The notes under the pieces are model-generated. The model saw only the letters and a program-made list of their open reading frames with translations. It was not told where the DNA came from and ran no database searches. A stretch of DNA of 63,359 bases, filler included, from Reclinomonas americana ATCC 50394 (Eukaryota): assembly GCA_048213135.1 (NCBI GenBank). It is 5 parts of 3 records of this genome, joined end to end, with 100 filler letters (N's around TTAATTAATTAA, not from the genome) between each part and the next. Parts side by side here need not be neighbours in the genome. Positions count along the whole stretch, not along the records: positions 1 to 22,215 come from PS015024.1; positions 22,316 to 49,190 come from PS015024.1; 3 more parts are not named here. The stretch is one strand, 5' to 3'. A program made the translations under genes and the position numbers. Below, in pieces: positions 12,088-24,923 of the stretch; the stretch's first letter is position 1; every line of letters starts with the position of its first letter.

Positions 12088-14850
12088 TTACAACATGGAG
12101 CCGCTGCCACCGCCACCACCAGTGTACCCGTAGGGTGGTGGGGGCTGACCGTAGGGCGGGGGAGGCTGGCCGTATGGTGGTGGTGCTGGCTTTGGCGGCG
12201 GCTGGCCCGCCACTTGGCCGTACGCCGGCGGCGGTGGTGGTGGTCCCGAGCTGACCAGCCTGTCGTAGGCCGGCGGCGGTGCAAGCAGCGCGCCCCCACC
12301 CACTGCCTGTCCGTACTGAGGAGGCGGTGAGTAGGCAGGTGGTGGACGCGAGACGGGCGCACGATAGTCGCTGCGCGAATCACAAAGTCAGTGGAGCAAA
12401 GAAAACGACAGCAGACTATAGGAGCGCACGATTGAACAGAGGCCTCCACCGGGTCCATGCGGCGGTAATCCGACGTGACGACCTCGGTGGTGACGGTCTT
12501 GCGTCGTCGTCGGCAACAGCAGCAGTAGATGATGATGGCGAGGATGATGGCTCCACCCACACTGACCGTGACGGCAATGATAATGGTGTTGCGATTGCTG
12601 CCGCTCTTTGCATCGACCGTGGCTGCGCAGGCGGGCAGACGAGAATGAGCAGGTGATGAAAACACACGAGGGGCAAAATTCCACCGACGACAAACCCGAG
12701 TAGAATGGATTGCTGCCGGAGGCCGCGGCAAACGATACCGAGTATGCCCACGCTGGACACTGGAAGCTGTTGACGGGCCCGAACTGTTCACCTTCGGTGC
12801 ACGTGCCCGGCGTGCCGCCGACGGCTGAACACCAACCGCACCCAGCGTTCTGCACACACGACGACTGGGTCGTGAACTGTGTGCAACCTGCACAAAGAAG
12901 AGAAGACATTATAGAATTGTAGATAATTCTATTTTGTGCGCGGTACGCACCGAGGGTGCAGTTGGGGTTGCTCTTGGTGGCAAAGCCGACGCGCTGATTG
13001 CCCATGTCAAAAATGGTAAAATACTGGAGCATCAGTGGTTGACCAATCACGGCACCCTGCGAGGTGCTGGAGAGGAGAATCTGGCAGGTCGACTGTGTGG
13101 CTGACACACTGCACACAGCAGTTAGAAAGCAGCACCGCGTTGTCCGTGGCATTCGCGACACATTGACAACGCAACGCTGCGCAAATGTAATAGGCCGAGG
13201 GTGGAATCTGCAGCACCACATCGACGAGATTGGCTCCGCCGACGGTGATTTGCAGTGTCGGCAAAAACGGGAGCGTCGACGGCTTGGTGCAATCGGTGTC
13301 GCCGTGCGCGCGGCAAATCGGACTGATGACGTTCATCGCCGCAAAGTAGTCGTTGGTGGGGACTTCCAAGTCTGCCAGGGAGGTTGAGTAAGAGCCAAAG
13401 ATCGATGAGGAGTGAGTGCGTGCGAAGGAAAAAAGGTGCACTCACCAGTGGTGCCACTGTCGACAATGGTGCCGGAGAAGCTGCCGTTCCAGTCGGCCGG
13501 ATTCGACACGATCGGCGTGTTGCCGACAGACCACGACTTGAAGAAGACTACGATGCGTGCGCTGTGTGAGAACGGCGGAGAAGAGCAACAAGAAAATGCA
13601 CAATGAAATCGAAACTGGTGTAGTACCCGGTTGCCGATCGCGTGCCCAACACATTGACCAGTGGGGCCCACAGCAGCGAGCCTTCGACATACTGGCTCGT
13701 ATCCGGCGTACCGAGTGTCATGTAGCCAGTGACTACGTTATAACACAGAGAGAACATGAGGGCCAGCTGCGCACAAGGAGAACATTGGTCAGCATGACAA
13801 ACAACAACAAAAAAGGTGACGCGACACGAAACATTCTGCTGCTGCAAGAAGCTCGACAGTGCCGACTGAGTCTGTGTGTTGGTACCGACGCCGGTGAGCG
13901 AGTCGAATGCAAGTCCCATGATGCCTGTGTGTGGGCGCGCATGTGTGAATGTTGGTCACAGCCAAGAGTGAGAGACGCTGGCTCGTAAAACTGACGAACC
14001 AGACACCTCGGGTGCCGTGAACGGCTGCCCGTTGCCACCCGACTCCTGCGTGATGACAGTGAACACGGCCCAGGCGGACGGACCGCCGAAACTAATCGAG
14101 TCGGTGTACATGTATCCGACGAGACCGCCGGTTCCGTAGTAAATTGTCTGCACGGCGACGAGTGAAACACAAGAACTCATAGATAAGTAGTGGCTCACTA
14201 ACACACACGTACCGTGCCGCAATACGACGAGTTGCTCTGCGCCGCCGTCTGACACTGGAACGGCGACGAAGCATTCGCCGAAATGTACTTGCCCGTGGTG
14301 CTGTTGGCCGGATTGAACAGGCGCACGTAGTGACCCACCGACTGCACTCCCAGGCCTGAGATGGCCAGATTGCTGGATCCCGTGTCGAGAATAACCAGGA
14401 ACGTCTGCGGCGGTGTGCCTAACACATACAAATGCACAGGCGCAGTATCAGCGTCGCTCAATCGCACCACTCGAGCAATCCAATCAAAAACGACGCACCA
14501 ACAGACAGCATGCCCACGTACTCGCCCGCCGTGAAGAAGGTGTTGGTGGGCGGAATGGAGGTCGCATGCACCGCATCGTGCGAGCGCGGTCGACGTGGGA
14601 ACATGCTGCGGTTGACTTGCATGCGCTGCACTTGCATGTGATGGCGCACCGCTGGCGCGGCAAAATCAGACGACATGAGTCGTCGTTGCGTCGACGACGA
14701 TGAAGGTGATGATGGCGATGAAGAAGAGTGCACTGCAGTCTCTGGTGCACTCGAGTCACGGTCGACTCGTGACGCGAGAAGCACCACCAACAGCACCGCT
14801 GACATTGTCATGAGCGCAATCGCCCATGCTCGCCATGACAGCCGCTGCAT
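12088..14850 (-). CDS. Pepsin-family (A1) aspartic protease with a Cys-rich PSI-like module, C-terminal TM helix and Pro/Tyr-rich tail
   Basis: Catalytic motifs VILDTGSSNLA and TIVDSGTT, flap YYGTG, AVIGQPLMLQYFTIFDMGNQRVGFA, CVQNAGCGWCS, and TM segment IIIAVTVSVGGAIILAIIIYCCCC. Confidence 0.9.
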
Positions 14851-15143
14851 GATGCGTCTGCTTTCTTTCACTGGCCACACACACGTACACACAGACGCAT
14901 GTGTAAGAGAGGGAAAACAGTTCACTGACTGCAAGTCATGCGAGGAAAAAAAGCAGAGTGTGAGAGAGAGTGCGAGACATGCTCACCAACAGCCCTCTCC
15001 ACGACAGCTCCGTTGTGTGCTTGCGTGTGCGTCGCTTAGTGTAGACAGACAGCCAGGCAGACACCTCGTGTTCGCGTGCAATGCGAGCGAGTCGGAGAAA
15101 AACGAAACACGCTACGCGCGCGCGCACGGACGGGACAACGATG

Positions 15144-16431
15144 TCACCAGAGGACGGGGATCACGCGGTCACGCGTGGCCAGCATCTGCTCAATGTGTCG
15201 CGCCTGCAGCTCCTGCTGCACCGCCAGTTCGATGGCTGGTCCGTCAATCGCGGCCGGAACTGCTGCTGGCGGTGCCGATCGATTGCGAAGGTCTGCATAT
15301 GTCACGAAGTTCCGAGGTCAGTTTGCTGTCGAGCGGTGAGGCGAGGTGGCAACAGCAGCAGCATATGCAGCAACTGGAGTGCGGCGCTGTCGGTGGTGCC
15401 TCAAAGGGCGGCAGTCGAGGTCGGGTCTCGGGAGGCGCTGCGTGCCAGGCAGCCGCTCGAGCTGCATACCACTTGCGAGTGTCGTCGGCACTCTGGCACA
15501 GGTTGATGATGACAAAGGTCAGCATGGCCCTGCACGCAAGCCGCACACGAGTGAGTGCACTGTGCATGGCATCGTCTCTCCCGATGCACTCAACATGACG
15601 GCGTACGAACGCAAGCCGGTGGCGGCAAAGAACGCGGCGTACAGGATGATCTCCGCAAAGTAGTGTGGGCACCACAGGTAGCGAAACAGCGGTCCGTGCG
15701 GCACACGATAGGCCTCCAGCTCCGGACTACCAGCTGCCTCCGGGCCAGAGGGTCGCAGAGCGGCGAGTTCGCGGTGCACCATGTGCTGGATCGCGGTGCC
15801 AAAGACATACAGATACAGAACGACCATGAAGAGCGACCAGTGCTGGTGCGCGGCGCGATAGTCGGCCAGCACCACCGTGGGAACCGCCATTACGTAGAAG
15901 CTCAGACCTGCATACGTGTGTGTGAGCAGACGTCAGCGTGGCCAGGCATAGAGGCTCAGTGTGTCTCGCGCACCAAAGACAAAGTTGAGCAGCGTCATGC
16001 GACGCGGCGAGAACTTGTGCACAAACAGGCACTCGTACACGCGGCGCAGCAGATGCACCGCGTACAGGGCGATCATCACCTGCCTCGTGCTGCTGCCTGT
16101 GATGAGATGATCAGTAACTGTATGCACTCTCTCTCTCTCTCTCCGTGAATGCAACGCAACAAGCGCCTTCCCCACACCAAACAGTGGCCAGTAGCACTGC
16201 CCAGGCGGCTCCAAACACATAAAACAGTGTGAATGCAGTGCCGTGCGGCAGTGTCGTGCTCTTGGTGGCGGAGACAACTGGTGCAGAGGCGCGCGATGAC
16301 TCCGCCGGTGGCACTGTCAGCTTGCCGTAGAGCGTCAGTCGATGGAACCAGTGCCACCGTGTGCGCACGAGTGCCAGCACACAGGCCAGCGACCAGTAGA
16401 TGGAGCACAGTGTGCTCAGCGACAGAATCAT
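15144..16431 (-). CDS. SRD5A3: Polyprenol reductase / steroid 5-alpha-reductase 3 family
   Basis: LYGKL, HLLRRVYECLFV, YRVPHGPLFRYLWCPHYFAEIILY and NLCQSADDTRKWY. After removing a final intron the protein ends RDRVIPVLW-stop, matching the family's terminal R-x-x-IP motif. Confidence 0.85.
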
Positions 16432-16482
16432 GAGTGTAGTGCTTCGTCCTGCGTCACAGATCTACAAGTGTTCTTTACAAGA

Positions 16483-19400
16483 TTACGGGGCACTCTTGTC
16501 CTTGGTGGCGCTGCGTCGTGCTTTCCTCCGCACGGCCTTGGCATTCGGCTGGCCCTCGGACGACAGCGGGATTTCCGAGGTCTTGGATTGCTGACCCAGA
16601 GCGTCGACGACGACCTGCTCGGTGCCGTCAGCGGTCCGTGGTCGCCCGTCGTCGACGTGCTTCTCGGTCGACGAAGGCGGGGGAGGCGGAAGCTTGGTGC
16701 CGGATCGTTTCGGGTAGAAACGGCTCATGCGCGCATCGTCGCTGCCGGCGGCGTTCTTGGCGTCGGACTTGGACGTCGAGGCGGAGGTCGATCGTTTCGC
16801 CGCCAGCGCCGTATTGCCCTGGCCATGGTGGTGGTGTGCACGTGAGCCGGTGGGCACGGGGTCGTGTGGCGGCAGCGACAAGACGCTGCGAACAAAGTTG
16901 TCGATCTGTCGCAGAGTGTGACTGCCGCGAAAGACGTGTCGACCGAGAGCGGCGTCATTGCCCCCGATCGATGTCTGCGGCGAGCTGTCGACGGTGGTCA
17001 CGGCGCGATTGGTGAAGGCCACCACGGCTGGCACGCCGTCCTTGATCTAACGCGCACGCAATAAAAAGAGTGAGGGTGAGGGGCGAGTTCTGTGCGAGGG
17101 GTACACCACACAGTACGCACCAGCAACTCCACATCGGCGGGAATGTCGTTGCGCCACACATCAATGGCGAAAAACGAGGCATCGGGTCGGTCCGTATACA
17201 GTGCCGACGCGTTCTCGTACACCGGCAAGAATCGCTGGCAGTACACGCAACCTGGCGCGCGCACCAACCACGAGTCAGCACCAACGGCAAGCAAAGGCAC
17301 ATCGCGCGACGCTGCACGCAACCGGTGGACTGGAAGAGCACAAAGAGCGTATGCGGTGTCGACTGCTGCTGGATATTGGTGATTCGCTGCACCAGCGAGT
17401 ACGCCGTGAGTGCTCGAACCGAGCCGTTGAACCCCGACACTGTGTTCGTGCATGACAAATGTAAGCAACACCACACGCTGCGGACAGACAATGGCGCACA
17501 TTGATCGTCCGACTGCGACACCAGCGTACGCTGCGACGTTGGCGACGGTGCCGTGAGGTACGACCGCAGATGCTTCAGCGTGTGTGTCATTGGCGGATCC
17601 AGCGTCACGGCGTTGAACGCAAAGTGTTCCTCCTGTGCGTGTGTGCACGTAAAGAAAACATGAGAACGTCAACAATGGATCGCGCGCCATCGATGTTCCT
17701 CATCGGACCTTGTAGAGATCGAGAATGACCACTCCAGGCGCCTCGTGAACACCGAAACGGTTGGCCAGGTCGCGGTACTTGTGCATGTCGGCGTACATGA
17801 ACGAGAAAATGTCACGGAAGCTGCCGGCCAGGTCCGCCAGCCAGTGCACGACGTGGGGGAACGGGCAACTCGATTCTATCACGTGTGTGCGCACACAGAG
17901 GCGTTCAGTAGAGCGACAGACTGGTGGATGCACTGCATGGCAGAGGCTGACCTCCACAGCCGGTGTGCGGATCGTCAAAGTCGAAAAACAGAATCACCGA
18001 CGGAATGAGGGTCCCATCTGACATGGTGCTCTGCAGCAGCTTTTGTGTCTTGGGAGTCAACTCGGCCTGCAGTGGGGTGGAGCAGGGATTGAGTGGACCA
18101 AAATAGGAGGATGGATCAGAGAGCGTGCGCGTGACACGCAACTGCCAGCGGCGCGGCGGCTGCGGATACGCGATCAATGACTTCCGCCACACTGATCTCG
18201 TCCACGTCCTCGAACACAATCGACACCGCCTCCTGCAGACCCCACTTGCGCACGACAAGGCGACACTTTTCTGCCGAGTTGGCGAACGCCGGCAGCACCC
18301 TGCACAAATAACATCAATGTTGAGTCACGCAATATCAGCATCATCATCCTCATCGCTGTTGCACGAAACTGCTCGGCGAGTGTGCCGTTGGTGATGCGGC
18401 TAAACTCGATGTTTGCATCCGCAAAGGCTAGCGCCATGGCCGCGCGCTCGGTCATCATGTCGACTGTCGCCAACAAAGAAGAGAGAGTCAACGCAGAGCA
18501 ATCACAACTATCGACAGGAATGCATCGCAACATGATTCGTGCACACACGGCGGCAGAACGACTAGCGACGATCGCGCACTCATGAGCAGCTCAAAGTTAT
18601 CCACCGACTCGATCGGGATGAGCACGGTGGGGCGAATGAAGCGATCGACAAACTCGACAATCGGATCCACACGACGAGGTCCCTGCATTTTTCCCAGTCA
18701 GTCAGCGAGTGGCGACCACAGCGCGGGTGAACAGCAGCACGCAACCTCGTAGGCATGAATAAACTGTCGCTCTCTGCAAGGAGGGGCGATGAGCATGCAT
18801 GCACACGTGCAAAAGAACGGTGCCGGCGACGACAACGAACTTGAAGAGCGCCAAGGTCGGCGAAAAGTTGACACGTGTCGAGCTCTTGAAGTTGTTATCC
18901 AGCGCTCCCAGCTCCACATGCAACAGCGGAACACTGATGCGCCCAAGCTGCACCTCCAGATCGCCAAACACCTCGCGCCACAGCTTGTAATACATGTAGT
19001 CCCCTGCACACAACCAATCAATCAGCAGAGACGGCACAGGGTTGTACAGTGGTGCAGCACGCAACAGGGCGTAAAGATGACCACCAGCGCCGCCTTTTCT
19101 GCCGGCAGCGCAGCGATCCAGTCGGTGCCGTTCTTGGTGTCAATCACCAGCGGCTGATACGACGAGCCAATCACCAAGTCGCACACGAAGAACTGCTCCT
19201 CGCACACCTCAATGCGACGAATCGGTGGTACGCGCGAGGTTGGTGGTGGAGGAGGTGGAGGAGGTGGAGGTGGAGGAGGTGGGGGAGGAGGAGGCGGCTC
19301 GACTTCCAGTGTCTTCTCCTCGGCAACAAAGATTACTTGCGAATCGATAATCGCGCCACTCGCATCGGTGGTGACCACGGTCACCGGCACATCGCTGGTC

Positions 19401-19621
19401 AACGAGCTGAGCTGTGTCTCCGTCGATGCTTCTGTCACGCACACACGCACACGTGGGAGGTGAGTGCAAGAGAATGCGGAGAGCCAGAGGGAGAAAAGCG
19501 CGCGCAAACCGATTTCCTGCGACGCAAATGCCTCGTTCTCGGTGGTGGCGAGGATGGCGAGCAGTGCGCTGGTTACTCCCACGAGGAGGAGAAGGAAGCG
19601 AAGAAGGCGCACGCTGTGCAT
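16483..19621 (-). CDS. Secretory-pathway multi-thioredoxin-fold (PDI-like) protein, tentatively TXNDC11-like
   Basis: N-terminal hydrophobic signal and a polyPro linker. The first Trx fold has a degenerate site (FTPWDYMY); the last has [16 protein letters not shown]...FFAIDV. No KDEL/HDEL signal. Confidence 0.7.
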
Positions 19622-19683
19622 GCGCGCAGAGTGATTCGATCGTCTGCTCCGATGGACGAAAAGCAGCAATCACTCATCACACA

Positions 19684-20835
19684 ATGGCCAGCAGCCGAGT
19701 TGCGTCTCCTCTCTTGCCTCTCTCTCTCGTCTCTCTCTGTGAGTGTGCGTCTGTGTGCGCGCATGTGCTGGGAGTCGTGAGGCCACGGAAGAACACGCGT
19801 GTATATGTGTCTGTGCAAGTGGTAAATGTCCATGCTCACCAACCTCCCACTCTCCGCACACGCACGCAACAGTCGAGGGAAGTGCGCGACGATTTCGCCG
19901 GCTACGATGCCGCGCCCTACTCAATGCCCACGGAAATGTTTCGCATCATCACACTCACAGTCAACGCGCATACATCCGAGATGCTCATTCTCTCATTCTC
20001 CCTCTCTCACAGGTACCAAGAGGAGGCCTCGGGCAGTGGCTCCTCGAGCATGGCCAACAAGCCGTCGATCCTGCTGATGGGCTTGCGCCGCTCCGGCAAG
20101 TCGTCGATCCAGAAGGTGGTCTTCCACAAGATGAGCCCGCACGAGACGCTCTTCTTGGAGAGCACCAACAAGATTGTCAAGAACGGTTTGGGGGCAGCAG
20201 TGGACCGACTCGCGACTGTACCGCGTGACTCACACTATCGGGTGGTGTGCAGACATTGCCAACAACTCGTTTGTGCAGTTCCAAGTGTGGGACATGCCGG
20301 GTCAGATTGACTTTTTCGACTCGACCTTTGACTCGGACCTGATCTTTGGCCACGGCGGCGCCATTGTGTTCATCATTGACGCGCAGGATGACCTCACCGA
20401 GGCGCTCTCCAAGCTGCAGCACACAATACAAAAGGCCCACGAGGTGCGACAGAAGCACAACGCACCGCGAGATTGTGATGTTTCCCGGCTGACCATTCAT
20501 GTCGCTTCGCAGGTCAACAAGAACATCATCTTCGACGTGTTCATCCACAAGGTCGACGGTCTGTCAGACGATCACAAGATTGGTGCGTTTGCGGCAGTGT
20601 GTGATCGTTCAAGTCCGTGCTCGGCTGATGATGGCGATGGGAATGTGCAGCGTGCCAGCGTGACATTCAGATGCAGACGGAGCAGGAGCTCGCCGAAGCA
20701 CGCATTCAACCGCGTGTGGCGTTCCACCTGACCAGCATCTACGATCACAGCATCTTCGAGGCCTTCTCCAAGGTCATCCAGAAGCTCATTCCGCAGCTGC
20801 CACCGCTGGAGAACCTGCTGGACATGCTCACCTCG
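19684..20835 (+). CDS. RRAGC: Rag GTPase C/D (Gtr2), GTPase-domain exons
   Basis: [58 protein letters not shown] and [23 protein letters not shown]. The C versus D paralog distinction is not meaningful here. Confidence 0.95.
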
Positions 20836-21587
20836 GTGCGTGATGCCGATTGCCAGTTTTCTCTCTCCCCCCGCTACGCAACTTNNNNNNNNNNNNNNNN
20901 NNNNNNNNNNNNNNNNNNNNNNNNNNNNNNNNNNNNNNNNNNNNNNNNNNNNNNNNNNNNNNNNNNNNNNNNNNNNNNNNNNNNNNNNNNNNNNNNNNNN
21001 NNNNNNNNNNNNNNNNNNNNNNNNNNNNNNNNNNNNNNNNNNNNNNNNNNNNNNNNNNNNNNNNNNNNNNNNNNNNNNNNNNNNNNNNNNNNNNNNNNNN
21101 NNNNNNNNNNNNNNNNNNNNNNNNNNNNNNNNNNNNNNNNNNNNNNNNNNNNNNNNNNNNNNNNNNNNNNNNNNNNNNNNNNNNNNNNNNNNNNNNNNNN
21201 NNNNNNNNNNNNNNNNNNNNNNNNNNNNNNNNNNNNNNNNNNNNNNNNNNNNNNNNNNNNNNNNNNNNNNNNNNNNNNNNNNNNNNNNNNNNNNNNNNNN
21301 NNNNNNNNNNNNNNNNNNNNNNNNNNNNNNNNNNNNNNNNNNNNNNNNNNNNNNNNNNNNNNNNNNNNNNNNNNNNNNNNNNNNNNNNNNNNNNNNNNNN
21401 NNNNNNNNNNNNNNNNNNNNNNNNNNNNNNNNNNNNNNNNNNNNNNNNNNNNNNNNNNNNNNNNNNNNNNNNNNNNNNNNNNNNNNNNAAAGAGAGGGAA
21501 AGAGAGGAAAGGGAGGAAAGGGAAGGGAAGAGAGGGGAAGAGAGGGGAAGAGAGGAGAGGAGAGGAGACGAGAGAGAGAAACGCAAC

Positions 21588-22191
21588 TGGAAGTTGTACT
21601 GGATGAGGCCGATGCGATCTGGAAGGAAACACAAGGGCGTCAGCAACAACAAACATAGGTGATATGATCGCAGCGGCAGTCTCGGGAACACACCAAAGTT
21701 CTCCTCGCTGGGCAAAGCAACGAATCGGTGAGTTGAAATGCTCTACTCCAATCATGAATACAGAAATACAACACTGCTCACCGAAGCACGCACACAAGCG
21801 CCAGGTACTGGTTCACCTCGCGCAGGTACAGCACTCTCTGCACATTCATGCACACGATGCGTTGGTCAGCTGAAGCATCGCACGAGATGAAACGTCGCGT
21901 AATCTCACCTTCGTGCTCAGCTTGATGATGGACGCCGACTCGGGATCGTAGCCGTACCCTTCGTCGCCCTCACCAATGCTGCATCACCACAACATGAATG
22001 AGCACACAAACACGCTCTCTCTCTCTCACACGGTGCCCACACACGCACCCGTAAATGCACGACACGTCGACAACCACATCAATCATGTCGCTGCACAATT
22101 CGTACAATGTGTTGTCCATGGGTGTGCTGTCGGTGGCAATGTAGATCTTGCTGACGACGTCGAACAGGAACGTCTTCTCCAGGTGCGAGCT
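21588..22191 (-). CDS. RRAGC: Rag GTPase C/D roadblock-domain exons on a mis-oriented contig
   Basis: [19 protein letters not shown]...[19 protein letters not shown]...[32 protein letters not shown] directly continues the + strand part. Confidence 0.92.
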
Positions 22192-22215
22192 CTATTCGTC
22201 AGCGACACACCACGT

Positions 22216-22315
22216 NNNNNNNNNNNNNNNNNNNNNNNNNNNNNNNNNNNNNNNNNNNNTTAATTAATTAANNNNNNNNNNNNNNNNNNNNNNNNNNNNN
22301 NNNNNNNNNNNNNNN
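22216..22315. other. Artificial scaffold-joining linker
   Basis: 44 N + TTAATTAATTAA (stops in all six frames) + 44 N, identical at four places in the window. Confidence 0.97.
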
Positions 22316-24854
22316 AGAGACGGTGGCCGCTGCAAGTGATGAAGGAGGGATGAGCGGGGAGATCCAAGTGTGCGACAATGCGGCTTAACTCACCGACAAA
22401 CCACGACAGGAAGTACAGGTACAGGAAAATGCGAATGCCCAAGTCTGCGCGCGCACACCAACATGTCAGCGACGAAGGGGGCAAGTATGGAGAGGTGCGA
22501 CGCACTCTCGGTGGCCACTGTGAATCCCATGATGTCCATAACAAGGCCTGGAATGCATGGCAGAGCGCCGCTGAGCACGGAAATGATCACTCGCCAGTTC
22601 CAGAATCCAGGGACGAAGCAGGTGGGGCACCTGCACGGGAGTGGAACATGAGTTTCTTTTTCTGAGAAGGACGTGCGTACACAGAAAACGACGCACCAGC
22701 GAGCTTCGTTCTCCAGCAGCTCCTTTTGTCGGATCGACGTGTACAAGTACAACTCCACAGTGTTGATGGGCGGCGCCAGGAACCAATACTCGAGCAGCAT
22801 CACCACCAGCATGCCACCGGTGACCATGGACGTGGCCAGCCACCAGTCGAGCAGAATGGTCGGCGGTGCCGAGAACGCCTTCCACGGCAGCAACGACATG
22901 CCAAGGACAAGGAAAATCACCAGACTGATGCGGAACGTGGTTGGCGAGCGCCGCCGATCGGTGGTCGGACCGTCGTTGTGCGACGGTGCCACGGCCGGCG
23001 GCGTAGGCTCCAGCACGTCAATGACGGCACGTGGGAACAGATCGGCAATGACGGCGGCACACGACATGACATTCATCGACCACTCGCTCGTGACGCAGAG
23101 CAGGAGGAACAAGCTGCACAGCGCAGTGAGTAAGGTGAGAGCAAATAATAAAGAGTGGCGTGAGAACGAAACGAGGCCATCATCATTCGGAGCCACCACT
23201 GCTGCATGGCACGCATCACATCGATTGGGTTCCACGTGCTTCCGCCCACTGTCAGCTGCATGCTGGTGACGCCGATAATGCCTGAAAAACAGATTATAAA
23301 TTGGGGAGATGTGAACAAGCTGGACAAGAGAGCGCACTCACCGACAAACGCAAAACCAGTGACAAAGAGCGGCAGCAGCGCGTGGCCCACAATGTGCGTG
23401 CGCTGGAACTCGGCAAAGCGTGTAAAGTCGGCCGAGCTCAACGCCACAATGGTCATGCCACCTGCGAGCGCATGAGGAGAAAGAGAGGATTGCAGCTGGC
23501 CGTGAAAAAGGCACACGCACCGACGGTGATGCCGACTCCAGCCATGATGCCAATCATGGGAGGGAAACGTTCTGCAGCAACAGAGGAATGAGGCGTTAAA
23601 AGAGGGAGCCATTCGACACCAACTGCGGGGATTGCGTACCCGGTTCAGGAACACGAAGCAGGGAGGTGGTGGTGAGAATGTCGTTGATCGAGTACTTGGT
23701 GAGTGCCCAGGCGAGAACACCGGCCGCGAAGCCGGCCACAAACAGCGGAACCACGTAGCCGACCAGTTTCAGAGCTGCAGCAATCGATAAGAGAGTCAGT
23801 CTGCGATCCGAGAGAGATCAGAAAGGAAGTGCACGAAACCGCGGTAGCCAAAGAATGCCAGCACAAACACCATGACAACAAAGGCCAGAATGCAGCCAAT
23901 CTCCGCCAGTGAGGTCGGCCCGATTGTGTTCATCACCTGCGTCACGTCGCTCTTCTTGCCCGGCAGAATCGCCTCCACACACACGAGGAGCGACAAGCCG
24001 CCAAAGTACGCCGCCACTCCAAAGCACACGAGACCAATGCTGCCGCGCAAGAGAGTTGTCATTGGTACGCCGCCACCACAACTCGGAGAGATCACACGCA
24101 AAGACGCAACATGGCTCGGAAGACGGTAAAGATGCGCGCGCCGTAGTAGCCAAAGAAGGAGCGAGCGTAGACCACAAACGGAATGCCGGACGCGGTGCCG
24201 ACCCACCCATTCATGATGATGAGCTGGGCGCCGAACGCACTGCCGAGTCCAACCGACAGCAGCGCCTGCCACCACTTCAACCCAATCGCATCACTGATCA
24301 TGCTGCCACACAGCTGCACGCGCACACGCGAGTCAGACACTCCCATCAATCCACTCCTCTTCCTCTACCCGGACGCCGCACCATAAACACTGCCGCGCTG
24401 CCGGCCAGCGACACAACATAGTTGATGTAATTACACATGTTCCAGCACCGACGATCCTTGGTGGCCGGGACCGGCTCACGGTTCTCATCGGCGCCCCACT
24501 TCAGCAACTTGTCCTTGGTCTTGTCGGGCGACGCCGACCGTCCATTGCTGCGCCGACTCGACGCCGACGTGTACGACGCATCAGTGCCGCTTCCCTGTCA
24601 CAAAGACGTGAGCTGATGAGAGAGGACGACCAGTGAGTGAGTGTGTGAGAGAGACGCACTCCAGTCGCCGCAGAGCCATCACTGCCATCCAGCAGCGGCT
24701 GTCGCTGCTCCTCAGCGGTCTGCCTGCCAGGAGGCCACGGACTCACTGTTGTCCACACGCACATTAGTGCAAGAGCAGAGAAGGAGAAATATCGCACAGA
24801 GAGAGAGAGCGAGAGAGAGAGAGAGAGCCCGAAAGCGATGCACTCACCTGACAT
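22316..24854 (-). CDS. NCS1 nucleobase:cation symporter (uracil/allantoin permease-like); 3' end cut by the linker
   Basis: REPVPATKDRRCWNMCNY, GLKWWQALLSVGLG, NGWVGTASGIPFVVYARSFFGYYGA, ALSSADFTRFA, TWNPIDVM and LLPWKAF. An alternative in-frame ATG lies at 24917. Confidence 0.88.
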
Positions 24855-24923
24855 GTTCCTTGCTGAGATATCTCGCGAGCACAGGCAAATATCAGCCGAC
24901 TGTCCACCACTGTCCATTGTCGA

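Noticed and set aside
15300-15375. CCICCCCCH cysteine cluster in the ORF-track C-terminus of polyprenol reductase
   Set aside because: It lies in an intron (A|GTTGCTG...GCAG); removing the intron restores the family's terminal motif.
22260-22271. Palindromic TTAATTAATTAA recurring four times (also 49235, 53833, 57677), suggesting a recombination or telomere-like site
   Set aside because: It is always centred in exactly 44+44 N and stops all six frames. It is a synthetic linker, so gene adjacency across it has no biological meaning.
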